DNA of 64,000 nucleotides, taken from the NCBI GenBank assembly GCA_965217585.1, contig OZ244561.1, positions 1,920,001-1,984,000 of the forward strand. The letters are read 5' to 3'. The notes below the pieces were generated by a model that was not told where the DNA came from, did not search any database, and saw nothing but the letters and a program-made list of their open reading frames with translations. Numbering within the stretch: position 1 is the first letter of the stretch; the number at the start of each line of letters is the position of its first letter. Positions 19,505 to 28,566 of this stretch are shown piece by piece. This DNA comes from Candidatus Latescibacterota bacterium. Lineage in GTDB: Bacteria; Latescibacterota; UBA2968; UBA8231. The translations under genes were made by a program, and so were the position numbers.

Positions 19505-20239
19505 TTAAGGACTAGTGCGGCGCATGATGCTGAGGATCTGGCCGGTCATGCCGCTGGCCGGGGGTTGCGCGGCGAGGAAAAGTGCCGAGGCAACGACCTG
19601 TTCTGGCTCCTTCCACGGGTCGCTCGCGGCGCGGAAGCTGCTAGCTGCTTGCCAAGATGGTTTTGACAGCTCCGTCTTGACCGGGCCGGGTATGAGCACA
19701 TTGGCGATGATGCCCTCGCTCCACACTTCTTCTGCAATGGCTTGGGTCAACCCGTGCAAGGCCGCTTTGGACGCGCAATAGACGCTGAGATCCGCGTGGC
19801 CGACTTGGCCCATGCCGGAGCCGACGTTGATGATGTTCCCGCTGCCCTGTCGCTGCATAATGGGCAATACCGCGCGGCAACAGCGGACGACGCCCATGAC
19901 GTTAATTTGCCACGCTTGCTCCCACTCATCATCCGTCGCGTCTAAAAACAGCCCGCGCGGATTGACGCCGGCGTTGTTGACGAGAATATCGATCCGACCG
20001 AACCGCTCTACTGTTTTCTGCACGAGGCGTTCCACCTCTGCGCTCACCCGCAAATCGGTCGGCACAGTGAAGGATTCACCGCCCTGCGCGGCAATCGCCG
20101 CGGCGACTTCGTCGAGCTGAGCCGTGCTGCGCGCGGCAATGGCGACCTGCGCACCCTCGGCAGCGTAGCCCATAGCAATAGCGCGGCCAATGCCGCGACC
20201 CCCGCCCGTGATGAGAGCGACCTTGTCTTTGAGTTGCAT
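19505..20239 (-). CDS. Short-chain dehydrogenase/reductase
   Basis: TGGGRGIG, NNAG, YCASK. Confidence 0.95.
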   Translation of the reverse strand: MQLKDKVALITGGGRGIGRAIAMGYAAEGAQVAIAARSTAQLDEVAAAIAAQGGESFTVPTDLRVSAEVERLVQKTVERFGRIDILVNNAGVNPRGLFLDATDDEWEQAWQINVMGVVRCCRAVLPIMQRQGSGNIINVGSGMGQVGHADLSVYCASKAALHGLTQAIAEEVWSEGIIANVLIPGPVKTELSKPSWQAASSFRAASDPWKEPEQVVASALFLAAQPPASGMTGQILSIMRRTSP

Positions 20240-20246
20240 GGTTGAG

Positions 20247-21218
20247 TTATCCGCGCAAGTACCCAGCGACCTCTTTGGCGAAATAAGTCAAGATCATATC
20301 CGCGCCGGCCCGCTTGATCCCGGTCAACACTTCCATAACGGCCTGCTCGCGCTGGACCCACCCCCGCTCCGCAGCCGCCACAATCATCCCATACTCGCCG
20401 GAGACATTGTACGCGGCAATCGGCACGTCAAAGTCTTGGCGAGCGGCGGCGATTACGTCGAGATAGGCCAGCGCCGGCTTGACCATCACCACATCGGCTC
20501 CTTCCTCAATGTCGAGCGCGATCTCCACGAGTGCCTCGCGGCCATTGGCCGGATCCATCTGATAGGTCTTCTTGTCGCCCTTCTTGGGGGCCGACTGGAG
20601 CGCGTCGCGGAACGGGCCGTAAAAGCACGAGGCATATTTAGCCGAATACGCCAAGATGCCGACGTTTTTATAACCAGCCGCGTCGAGCGCGCGGCGGATG
20701 CCGCCGACTCGGCCATCCATCATGTCTGAGGGCGCGACCCAATCGACGCCCGCTTCGGCGTGCGAAAGGGCCATCCTGCACAGCACCTCTATGGTCTCGT
20801 CGTTGACGACCTCGCCATCGACGACCAAGCCGTCGTGGCCGTGGTGGGTATAGGGGTCGAGGGCCACATCGGTCTGCACGCAGAGTTCGGGCACCGCGGC
20901 TTTGATACTGCGGATCGCTCGTTGGATCAAGCCCTGCGGGTCGTAGGACTGGGTGGCCTGATCGTCTTTTTGGGTCGAGTAGCCGAAGAGATTGACCGCT
21001 GGGATGCCTAACTCCCACAACTCGCGGCATTCATCGACCAGCTCGTCGACCGAGAAGCGGTATTGGCCGGGCATGTCGTCGATGGGCGCGCGCGTTTTTT
21101 CGCCTTCGGTGACAAACAGCGGGCAGATCAGATCATCGACGTGCAAATGGGTCTCGCGCACTAAGCTGCGCGCCGCTTCTGAACGCCTGAGTCGTCGGGG
21201 CCTCTTGGTCAATTCCAC
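20247..21218 (-). CDS. hemB: Porphobilinogen synthase (Asp-rich, non-Zn-Cys type)
   Basis: RPRRLR, DVALDPYTHHGHDG, APSDMMDGR, SAKYAS.FYGPFRDA, VMVKPAL, AYNVSGEY. Confidence 0.97.
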   Translation of the reverse strand: MELTKRPRRLRRSEAARSLVRETHLHVDDLICPLFVTEGEKTRAPIDDMPGQYRFSVDELVDECRELWELGIPAVNLFGYSTQKDDQATQSYDPQGLIQRAIRSIKAAVPELCVQTDVALDPYTHHGHDGLVVDGEVVNDETIEVLCRMALSHAEAGVDWVAPSDMMDGRVGGIRRALDAAGYKNVGILAYSAKYASCFYGPFRDALQSAPKKGDKKTYQMDPANGREALVEIALDIEEGADVVMVKPALAYLDVIAAARQDFDVPIAAYNVSGEYGMIVAAAERGWVQREQAVMEVLTGIKRAGADMILTYFAKEVAGYLRG

Positions 21219-21245
21219 GGCAGTCTCCTAGTCAAATTTCTCATT

Positions 21246-22526
21246 TCAGAAACTCGTCCTCTGTTTTTTGCACCATGCTCGCAGGCGACGGCGATGGTCG
21301 TCGAGTTCGTCCTTGAACCGCGCGTTGACGGCGAGGTTGACCATTTCGCCCGGGTCTGTTTGCAAATCGACGAGCTGCTCGCGGTAGCGGCCCATGGGAT
21401 AGGCGCTGTATTTGTAGCGGTCGGTAAGCACGGCGCGCGAAGCACCGCCACCGCCTGGACCGGGGCCAATGTCCATGATGGTCTCAACGACGAGCTCCCT
21501 GCGCCACTCGTCGGGCGCGTCGCCCTCGGCAAGCGGTCGCAAACTCAGCCCTTCGAGACCATCGGGCACGCTCGCACCGCCGACATCGCATAGCGTGGGC
21601 AGCAAGTCGAGACCGAGGGAGACCAGATGGGTGTTGTCAACGCCACCGGCTCGTGTAATCCCTTTGTGACTGATAATAAAAGGGATGTTGATGACTTCCT
21701 CGTAGAGGCTGGTTTTTTGATTCCAGTTGTGGGCACCGTGTCCGTCACCGTGATCCGAGGTGAAAACGATATAGGTATCTTCTTCGAGGCCGAGGTCGCG
21801 CAGGCCATTGAGCAGCACGCCGATTTCAGCATCGACTTTTTCGCACAGGCGATAATATAAAAAGCGGAGCCGTCGCCAGTCGTCTTCAGTGTATTCGATG
21901 GTGGGATAGACGCGGCGATTGGCCTGTCGCAGCATCTGCAGGATGTCGGGTGCATAGGGTGGGATGGCGAAGTTTGCGGGCAGACTCGGGCATTCTTCGA
22001 CAGTGGCCGGTTCTGGTACCGGGCCTTGTGGCAGTGGCTGATTGCGGGCGACTTGGCAGATGTCGTGGGGATTGATGAATGACGCGAAAAGGAAGAAGGG
22101 ATTGTCGCGGTCGCGTTGCATGAATTCGATGGCGCGCAGAGGCACCTCGTCGTCCCGACTGCCGCAGATGACTTCGAGGCCGCTCTCTTCGGGCGTGGTG
22201 CCGGGGACGTGCCATTTTCCCGACAGGGCGCAGTCATACCCCGCGTTGGCGAGGAAGTTGCCGAGCGTTCGGCCTCTGTATTCGGGCTTGATTGGTGTGT
22301 TATTGCTGGTCGCGCCATTTTGATGGGGAAAAAGACCGGTCATAAAGCTGGCGCGCTGGGGACCGCATAAGGGATGCGTGCAATAGGCGCGGGTGAACCG
22401 CACCCCCGTTGCGGCGAGGCGGTCCATATTGGGGGTGGACACGTCGGGGTTGCCGGCACAGGACATGACTCCGGCGTATTGCTGGTCCGTGATGATGAAA
22501 AGAATATTGGGACGACGCTCTGGCAT
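21246..22526 (-). CDS. Sulfatase (Cys/FGly type)
   Basis: PNILFIITDQ, CGPQRAS, GKWH, FTSDHGD. Confidence 0.93.
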   Translation of the reverse strand: MPERRPNILFIITDQQYAGVMSCAGNPDVSTPNMDRLAATGVRFTRAYCTHPLCGPQRASFMTGLFPHQNGATSNNTPIKPEYRGRTLGNFLANAGYDCALSGKWHVPGTTPEESGLEVICGSRDDEVPLRAIEFMQRDRDNPFFLFASFINPHDICQVARNQPLPQGPVPEPATVEECPSLPANFAIPPYAPDILQMLRQANRRVYPTIEYTEDDWRRLRFLYYRLCEKVDAEIGVLLNGLRDLGLEEDTYIVFTSDHGDGHGAHNWNQKTSLYEEVINIPFIISHKGITRAGGVDNTHLVSLGLDLLPTLCDVGGASVPDGLEGLSLRPLAEGDAPDEWRRELVVETIMDIGPGPGGGGASRAVLTDRYKYSAYPMGRYREQLVDLQTDPGEMVNLAVNARFKDELDDHRRRLRAWCKKQRTSF

Positions 22527-22601
22527 ACTTTCTTTGCTCCTAGATAGTCTTCAGTCTGAAGGCGAAAATACGAATCAGCAGATGGAACGTCCAACACCGA
22601 A

Positions 22602-22630
22602 GTAACAAACCGCCCTCGACATCGTTCTAT
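22602..22630 (+). promoter_or_regulatory. Putative autoregulatory ECF sigma promoter
   Basis: GTAAC -N16- CGTTCTA about 50 nt upstream of the ECF gene; fits the AAC/CGT ECF pattern. Confidence 0.5.
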
Positions 22631-22679
22631 AAGCGTGTGCACACGAGAATTGTCCAACACCTGACATCATGGAGATGCA

Positions 22680-23201
22680 ATGCACGTAGAACAGGCGGTT
22701 GAAAGATTCGGGCCGCTGGTCATGAGTCTGATCTGGCGGATCAACGGAAACCAAGAAGAGACAGCCGACCTCTACCAAGAAGTATTCGTGAAGTTCCACG
22801 AGACTACGAGCGAGCGCGGTCCGCTGCAACAGCCCAAGGCGTGGTTGTGCCGCACGGCGATCAACTCTGCTATTGACTCCAACCGCCAGCGAGCGCGATT
22901 TGTCTCTTGGAGCGAATCGGCGGAGAAACCTCACAACTGGGAGACGAACAATGCACTCGATAATGGTCTTATGGTCGAAAAAATTCGCCATCTCGCTGTG
23001 GATTTGCCCGAGCGCCGCAGAGAAGTCTTCGTCCTCCGCTACTTCCAAGGCTGTTCCTTCGCGCAGATCGCCCAGTTGCTAAATTGCTCTCCAGGAGCAG
23101 CGCGAGCCGCAGCGTTCCAAGCCGCAAAACAGATTCGCGCGTGGCTCACCTGCGACAGTCCATCCGCAACGACATCAAACCCCAAGGAAGCTAACCAATG
23201 A
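22680..23201 (+). CDS. ECF RNA polymerase sigma factor
   Basis: ADLYQEVF, AWLCRTAINSAID, LPERRREVFVLRYFQG.SF.QIA..L. Confidence 0.9.
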   Translation: MHVEQAVERFGPLVMSLIWRINGNQEETADLYQEVFVKFHETTSERGPLQQPKAWLCRTAINSAIDSNRQRARFVSWSESAEKPHNWETNNALDNGLMVEKIRHLAVDLPERRREVFVLRYFQGCSFAQIAQLLNCSPGAARAAAFQAAKQIRAWLTCDSPSATTSNPKEANQ

Positions 23202-24019
23202 TTACGACTAAGCAGTTTGAACACAAACTCATCGAATACCTCGACGGCGAGCTGTCCGACGCCGAAAAGCGAGAAGTAGAGGAGTACCTGCAGGCCCATC
23301 CCGAAGCCATCGAGCTCAAAGGCGATTTCTCCCTGCTGTGCGCGGCCGGAAAATCAATCCGCGAGTCCGCCTTTCCCGCGGATTTGCTCTTGGAAGCCAA
23401 TCGCAAGCTCGCCGCTCGCTTGGCCGATTCGCGACGCGAGAATGTGGCTTCTCCACGCGGATCAACTCCCGTCGCGTCCGACAACGGATCGCCAGAGACC
23501 GTCCCCAGCCGGACCTGGCTGCCGAACCTCCGGCGGCGGTTGCGGCCGCCCGTACTCGCCGCCGTACTCGCCGCACTAGCGATCCTCCTAGTAGGTGCTG
23601 TCACTCAGAGGGCGGCCCTCGCCGACATTGCCAGCAGCCTGCTGCAGCGAATCACGGTGACCTTCAACGACGAGCCCCTGTCCGATAGCCAACAGCAGGC
23701 GTTCGACGAGGTTGTTGAGATTACGGAAACCTTGGATGAGAATGGCGATCAGGTCGTCACCGTCAACGTGGAGGCCGATCAGATGCCCCAGGAGTTTAGA
23801 GACGGTGTCCTGAAAATGGTGGTCAGCGGCGATGAAAGCAGTGAAGCAGTAAGCGTGAGCGCATCGGCGCACGTTTTCGCCGACTCAGACCCTATTGTAG
23901 TGAACCTCGATTCGCTGCGCGCTGCGAAGATCGGCTCTCAGTCTCCAAACGTCGCCGAGGATAAGAGCTGGGGCGACATCAAGAGAGCCGCCGGTTCCAC
24001 CACCGACGACTCTCCCTGA
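23198..24019 (+). CDS. Membrane-anchored anti-sigma factor
   Basis: ATGA overlap with sigma; LIEYLDGELS....EVEEYL (degenerate zf-HC2, no Cys pair); one TM helix; ends EDKSWGDIK. Confidence 0.75.
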   Translation: MITTKQFEHKLIEYLDGELSDAEKREVEEYLQAHPEAIELKGDFSLLCAAGKSIRESAFPADLLLEANRKLAARLADSRRENVASPRGSTPVASDNGSPETVPSRTWLPNLRRRLRPPVLAAVLAALAILLVGAVTQRAALADIASSLLQRITVTFNDEPLSDSQQQAFDEVVEITETLDENGDQVVTVNVEADQMPQEFRDGVLKMVVSGDESSEAVSVSASAHVFADSDPIVVNLDSLRAAKIGSQSPNVAEDKSWGDIKRAAGSTTDDSP

Positions 24020-24058
24020 TCAAGCGGATTGCTCGGCTTCAAGCCAAGCCTTCAAAGA

Positions 24059-24095
24059 GAACGGGCCCTAGGTCGTCATCGACCGGGGCCCGTTC
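24059..24095. terminator. Hairpin between convergent genes
   Basis: GAACGGGCCC..GTCG-TCAT-CGAC..GGGCCCGTTC. Confidence 0.55.
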
Positions 24096-24118
24096 GTCAT
24101 CTCCAAGGGGGGATCCTA

Positions 24119-24373
24119 TCATTGAATCAGCTTATCGTATTCTGCGTGTGTTCCAATCCAGAACCAAACCAAGCCTTCCTCAACCTCCACGGCGACAGTC
24201 CGATATTTGATTCCTACTCTTGCAGACCAATACCTTTCGACTTTCTTCAAATGTAAGGATGGATGTCTCGTATCTCGTTTCATCAATTTGAAATTTTCAT
24301 CTGCTAGGTTCTGAATATTTTGCGGGAGTTTTCGATAACACTCCCAAAACGAAGGAGCTGCAAAGTGATTCAC
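24119..24373 (-). CDS. RelE/ParE-superfamily toxin
   Basis: FW..Y..LP..IQ.LA...F.L......HPSLHLKKV..YWSARVG..YR......WFWIG.HAEYD; GTGA-coupled to the upstream gene. Confidence 0.8.
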   Translation of the reverse strand: MNHFAAPSFWECYRKLPQNIQNLADENFKLMKRDTRHPSLHLKKVERYWSARVGIKYRTVAVEVEEGLVWFWIGTHAEYDKLIQ

Positions 24374-24570
24374 AATTCTTTGCACTTCCCTGCCCGAAAA
24401 TCCACAATTGCTTGATTGGCAAGTTGATCTAACCTTCCTGATTTCGCATCTTTTTCAAACTGTCGATCCCAAACTTCGGCATCGAATTCATCAAACCATT
24501 CCCTGAAACGGGCAAGTTCATCCGCCGAAAGTTGGGAAACGGCTGATTGAAGTTCTTGCACAGCTTGCAT
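24370..24570 (-). CDS. Putative antitoxin (66 aa, acidic)
   Basis: QLS.DELARFREWF.EFD...WDRQFE.D..SGRLD.LA..A; directly upstream of the toxin. Confidence 0.75.
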   Translation of the reverse strand: MQAVQELQSAVSQLSADELARFREWFDEFDAEVWDRQFEKDAKSGRLDQLANQAIVDFRAGKCKEL

Positions 24571-24842
24571 GACTAAATCCCCTTTTTTACTAAAGTCTCT
24601 TCGATCTGATGCTTTCACCCGACGTGCCACCTCAAACTCGCTTTCAGTTCCAAGAGCGAAACGTCGCTCACCCCACCCGGATCCATTGAGAATTTTCCAC
24701 TCTGCCGCGCCATTTCGTCCTTCACAATAATCGTTCCTTCTGATAGCCTCACGGCCTTCCGGCCGGGGATGGTCGTTTTAAGATACCCAAAACAGACGAC
24801 CCCACAACGACGGCCACCACACAAAGGTCCACTATAAAGCCG

Positions 24843-25532
24843 ATGAGCCATTCCGTCCGACGCCATCTGCGCCTTGAAATCGAGGCATACGATAAGACCA
24901 TCCGCGCTTTCATTCCCGCCTACGAAGAAATGCTGGCGCGAGCCGCAGACGCCGTTGCCGAAACCAAGCCGAAAAAAGTAATCGATCTCGGCGCTGGCAC
25001 GGGCGCCTTGGCACAAGCCGTATTGCAGCGATGCGAAGGAGCCAAAGTCGAACTAATTGACGCCGACGCCGAGATGCTCGATCAGGCCCGCGAGCGACTC
25101 GCGCCCTTTGCTACCCGAGTGCAGTACACCGTGCGAGCGTTCCAAGGCCCGCTACCCGCCTGCGACGCGGTGGTCGCCTCCCTCGCGCTGCACCACGTTC
25201 CCACAATGACCGAAAAACGGACGATCTTCAGCGCGATTCACGCCGCGTTGCGCCCGGGCGGCGTGTTCGTCAACGCGGATGCGACCATGCCCGCCGATCC
25301 GTCCGTCCGCCAAGCCGAATACGAGACTTGGGCGGCCCACCTCGTCTCCTGCGGCATCGCCGAAGAACGCGCCTATAGCCATTTCGAAGAATGGGCCGAC
25401 GAAGACACCTACTTTCCAGTGGAAGACGAACTCGCCGCGCTGACAGACGCTGGTTTTGACGCGACCTGTCTGTGGCGCGTCGTACCCGTCACAGTCATAA
25501 AAGCGGTTAAAGCCGCAGCACGGGATGAGTAA
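24843..25532 (+). CDS. Class I SAM-dependent methyltransferase
   Basis: VIDLGAGTG, SLALHH, LRPGGVFVNAD. Confidence 0.9.
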   Translation: MSHSVRRHLRLEIEAYDKTIRAFIPAYEEMLARAADAVAETKPKKVIDLGAGTGALAQAVLQRCEGAKVELIDADAEMLDQARERLAPFATRVQYTVRAFQGPLPACDAVVASLALHHVPTMTEKRTIFSAIHAALRPGGVFVNADATMPADPSVRQAEYETWAAHLVSCGIAEERAYSHFEEWADEDTYFPVEDELAALTDAGFDATCLWRVVPVTVIKAVKAAARDE

Positions 25533-25630
25533 CGAGTCGCGGCAAGAGACTACCGTGCGGCTTGGTACCGTCCGTCGATGATCGGCCGCAATCAATCAGG
25601 AGGCGTTGGCGAGCCCCAGATGCCGAGCGG

Positions 25631-26569
25631 CTACAGCAGCTTGGGCAGCAGTAGGGCGAGGGCGACGCTGACGAGGAGGCCAGCGAAGATCTTCGTGAGG
25701 TCGGAGAGCACCAGCCGGGACACCTCCTGACGGCTGCGGTGCTTCTCGTTCCAAGCAATGGCGATCTCGCGTCCAGCTAGCAGACCGACGAAGACCCAAG
25801 TCGTGCTCATCGGGATGTGGCTGACCTCCTTAAACAGGAACAGCACGATGCCGTAGATCAGGTCCACGAACGTCGCCGAGCGGATGTCGGTGGTGTTCGT
25901 CTTAGTCAGCACCACCTTCTGGATGGCACCGCCATGGGAGTAAAAGATGAAGCCGAGCAAGCCGAGCATGAAGACGATGGACACGAAGAACCATCCCGCA
26001 GGCAACTCGCGCGGCAGGAAAACATAGATGTTCGCCAGATCCTGTATAAGCCACTGGCTCCAGAGGAAACCAGTCGAGCACCACTGAGCCACGATCCACC
26101 AAGGACTCGTCGGTCCCTCCGTGCGGTTGAAGCGAGACTCGAGACTCCGGGTGATCAACTTGTACACGACGATGGCGACCACGAAGGCCGTCGCATACCC
26201 CAGCAACGACTTGAGCAGCATGCTCGACAGGGCCTTCGGCGCGAAGATCGTTAGCGTCAGGAAGGTGGTGCTGACCGGGATGCCCCAGCGGGTCAGCAAG
26301 AGCAGAACGAAAGGCGGGACGCAGTAAATCCAGCTAAAGTGATCCGGTACTGGGATCGCCTGCAGCCTGCCGTAGGAGACATCGCCGTGAACCATCCACC
26401 CATATACTAGGACTACTGTCGGGATGCTGCCGGCAAAGAGCCAGAGCACCCACCACGGACGGTGGTCGTTGGAACTGAGAAAGGTCCCCAAGGTCTGAAT
26501 TGCGTCGTTGCCGACGATCGAATACGAGCCGAGCAAGAACCCGACGATCATCAGTACTTCCTGACTCAT
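25631..26569 (-). CDS. PiT-like (phosphate/sulfate permease-related) membrane protein
   Basis: GNDAIQTLG, GIPVSTT, QDLAN, IPMSTTW internal pseudo-repeat; hydrophobic. Confidence 0.65.
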   Translation of the reverse strand: MSQEVLMIVGFLLGSYSIVGNDAIQTLGTFLSSNDHRPWWVLWLFAGSIPTVVLVYGWMVHGDVSYGRLQAIPVPDHFSWIYCVPPFVLLLLTRWGIPVSTTFLTLTIFAPKALSSMLLKSLLGYATAFVVAIVVYKLITRSLESRFNRTEGPTSPWWIVAQWCSTGFLWSQWLIQDLANIYVFLPRELPAGWFFVSIVFMLGLLGFIFYSHGGAIQKVVLTKTNTTDIRSATFVDLIYGIVLFLFKEVSHIPMSTTWVFVGLLAGREIAIAWNEKHRSRQEVSRLVLSDLTKIFAGLLVSVALALLLPKLL

Positions 26570-26762
26570 TTTTAAATACTCTTCGGGAGTTTCCGATAAT
26601 ATTCAGGAAATGAAAATCAACCACCTCGGCGAGCGAATGTATCTACTCGGCCGCAACCGAGCAATGACCGCACCTGTTCTGCACTCGGCAAAGAAAGTTT
26701 TTGCCTTGGCCCACTGCGCCATTATTTTCTCAGGCCACCATTCACCGCAGCCCCGAGCTATT

Positions 26763-28511
26763 ATGACCGCTAAAATCCTCGCCGTCCTCCTCCTATTCGC
26801 CTTACCTATTCAAGCCAAAACTCGCATCGAAGCGGCCTACGCAGCCGGCGAACTCGACTTGGAGACGGCCCTGATCTACCAAGTCCTCAGCGTGCGCGCT
26901 CCCGACCAACTGCCGGCCATTTACCGAGAGTCTGGCGGGCTGGCGGTTTGCGGAACCCCACACCTAGTCCAAGCTATGAGCGCGGCCCCAACACTGAGCC
27001 CCGACTACCAAGCGCGCTTGGCCAAGCTGGTAAAAAACCGGCCGGACGCCCAGCACACTCTCCTCTCGCCATCAGGGCACTTTCGCGTCCACTACGATAC
27101 CGCAGGAGTCAACGCGGTTTCGTCTAGAGACGACGACGCCAACGACATCCCGGACTACATCGACCGCACGCTCTCCATCCTCGACAGCACTTGGGTGCTC
27201 GAAATCGAGCAACTCGGCTACCATCCGCCCCCTTCGGACAACGGCTTGGGCGGTGGAGACGAATACGACGTTCATGTTGTCGAGCTAGGAGTCGGCAGGA
27301 GTTTTTATGGGTTCGCCTATCCTGGGACGTCCGGCGTGACCACCTACAGCCACCTCGAAATTGACAACGACTTCACCGACCCAGGCTATAAGCAGACCCG
27401 CGGCCTGGACGCCCTGCGAGTGACCATCGCCCACGAGTTCCACCACGCCCTTCAGTTTGGCTACTACGCAACATTCGACGGCAGTTGGTGGCAGGAGTCA
27501 ACCTCGACGTGGATGGAGGAAGTGGCCTATCCACACATCGACGATTATCTCCAGTACTTGACCTACTTCCTCAGCGAACCCCAACGCGCCCTCAACTCCG
27601 GCAAGTATGGCACTCTCCACACTTACGGCAGTGCGATCTTTTCTCACTTCCTCGATCAGCGCTACAGCCGCGAGCTCAACCGCCTGATCTGGGAAGAAGT
27701 GGGCCGGCGCAAAAGCGTCAATCTCGATCATTTCGACCGCGTCATCCGCCAAGTTGAGCCGGGGGGGCTAGGGGTCGTCGTGGGCGAATTTGCCGTCTGG
27801 AACTATTTCACGGGGATTCACTACCGCGACCAATACTATGCCGAAGGGGACAAATACCCGCCCGTCCCCACTCGCGACATCACCGTCGCCGCCGAGACCG
27901 TCGTCCGCGACACCAGCCTAGTAGTCGAAGCCACCGGCAGCGTCTATCTGCGCCTTGAACCGCAACTGCGCCCGGGCGGGGTCGATCTGTTCTTTGACGC
28001 AGACCAAGGGGCGTGGCGTCGCCACTTGCTCTTAGTCGGCCCAGATAGCGTCTCCGTGCAGCTAGTTTCCGAATCGCCAATCCGCGTCACCGGCTGGGAT
28101 CAGTTCGACGAGGTCGTCCTCGTCGCTACCTCGGCCGAGCACACGGGCCTCGCCTACGAGCACCTGTTTACTGCGCAATTCGATCCCGACCTAACCGACA
28201 TGCCGGCCGCCCTAGCCACCCTGCTCAAGCCCAACTACCCCAATCCATTCCGCCCCGGCCAACACCCGCACACCCGGCTGGCTTTCGACTTAGCCTTCCC
28301 CAGCACCCAGACCCGTCTGTCGATCTTTTCGGCCAATGGCGATTTGGTTTGGTGGGATGACTTAGGCCCACGCGCGGCACGCGCAGGCTATGAGGAGGAG
28401 TGGGACGGCCGCAACGCCGCTGGCAACCTCGTGGCCAGCGGCATCTATCACCTGCTCCTCGAAGCCGACGGCACAGCGGCCAAGCGCACGCTGGCAGTGG
28501 TGCGAGATTGA
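26763..28511 (+). CDS. Secreted zinc metallopeptidase (MXAN_6640-like) with FlgD-Ig C-terminus
   Basis: Signal peptide; CGTP; HFRVHYD; AHEFHHALQ; WWQESTSTWME; NYPNPF...WDGRN..G..VASGIY. Confidence 0.8.
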   Translation: MTAKILAVLLLFALPIQAKTRIEAAYAAGELDLETALIYQVLSVRAPDQLPAIYRESGGLAVCGTPHLVQAMSAAPTLSPDYQARLAKLVKNRPDAQHTLLSPSGHFRVHYDTAGVNAVSSRDDDANDIPDYIDRTLSILDSTWVLEIEQLGYHPPPSDNGLGGGDEYDVHVVELGVGRSFYGFAYPGTSGVTTYSHLEIDNDFTDPGYKQTRGLDALRVTIAHEFHHALQFGYYATFDGSWWQESTSTWMEEVAYPHIDDYLQYLTYFLSEPQRALNSGKYGTLHTYGSAIFSHFLDQRYSRELNRLIWEEVGRRKSVNLDHFDRVIRQVEPGGLGVVVGEFAVWNYFTGIHYRDQYYAEGDKYPPVPTRDITVAAETVVRDTSLVVEATGSVYLRLEPQLRPGGVDLFFDADQGAWRRHLLLVGPDSVSVQLVSESPIRVTGWDQFDEVVLVATSAEHTGLAYEHLFTAQFDPDLTDMPAALATLLKPNYPNPFRPGQHPHTRLAFDLAFPSTQTRLSIFSANGDLVWWDDLGPRAARAGYEEEWDGRNAAGNLVASGIYHLLLEADGTAAKRTLAVVRD

Positions 28512-28566
28512 AGGACCCAACGGTGCAGCACTCCCCGCCAGCCGACGCCTAAAGGGGAGTTGTTTT

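Noticed and set aside
22589-22661. GTCCAACACC direct repeat, 63 bp apart, upstream of the ECF gene
   Set aside because: Only two 10-mers; could be chance, and there is no supporting regulator.
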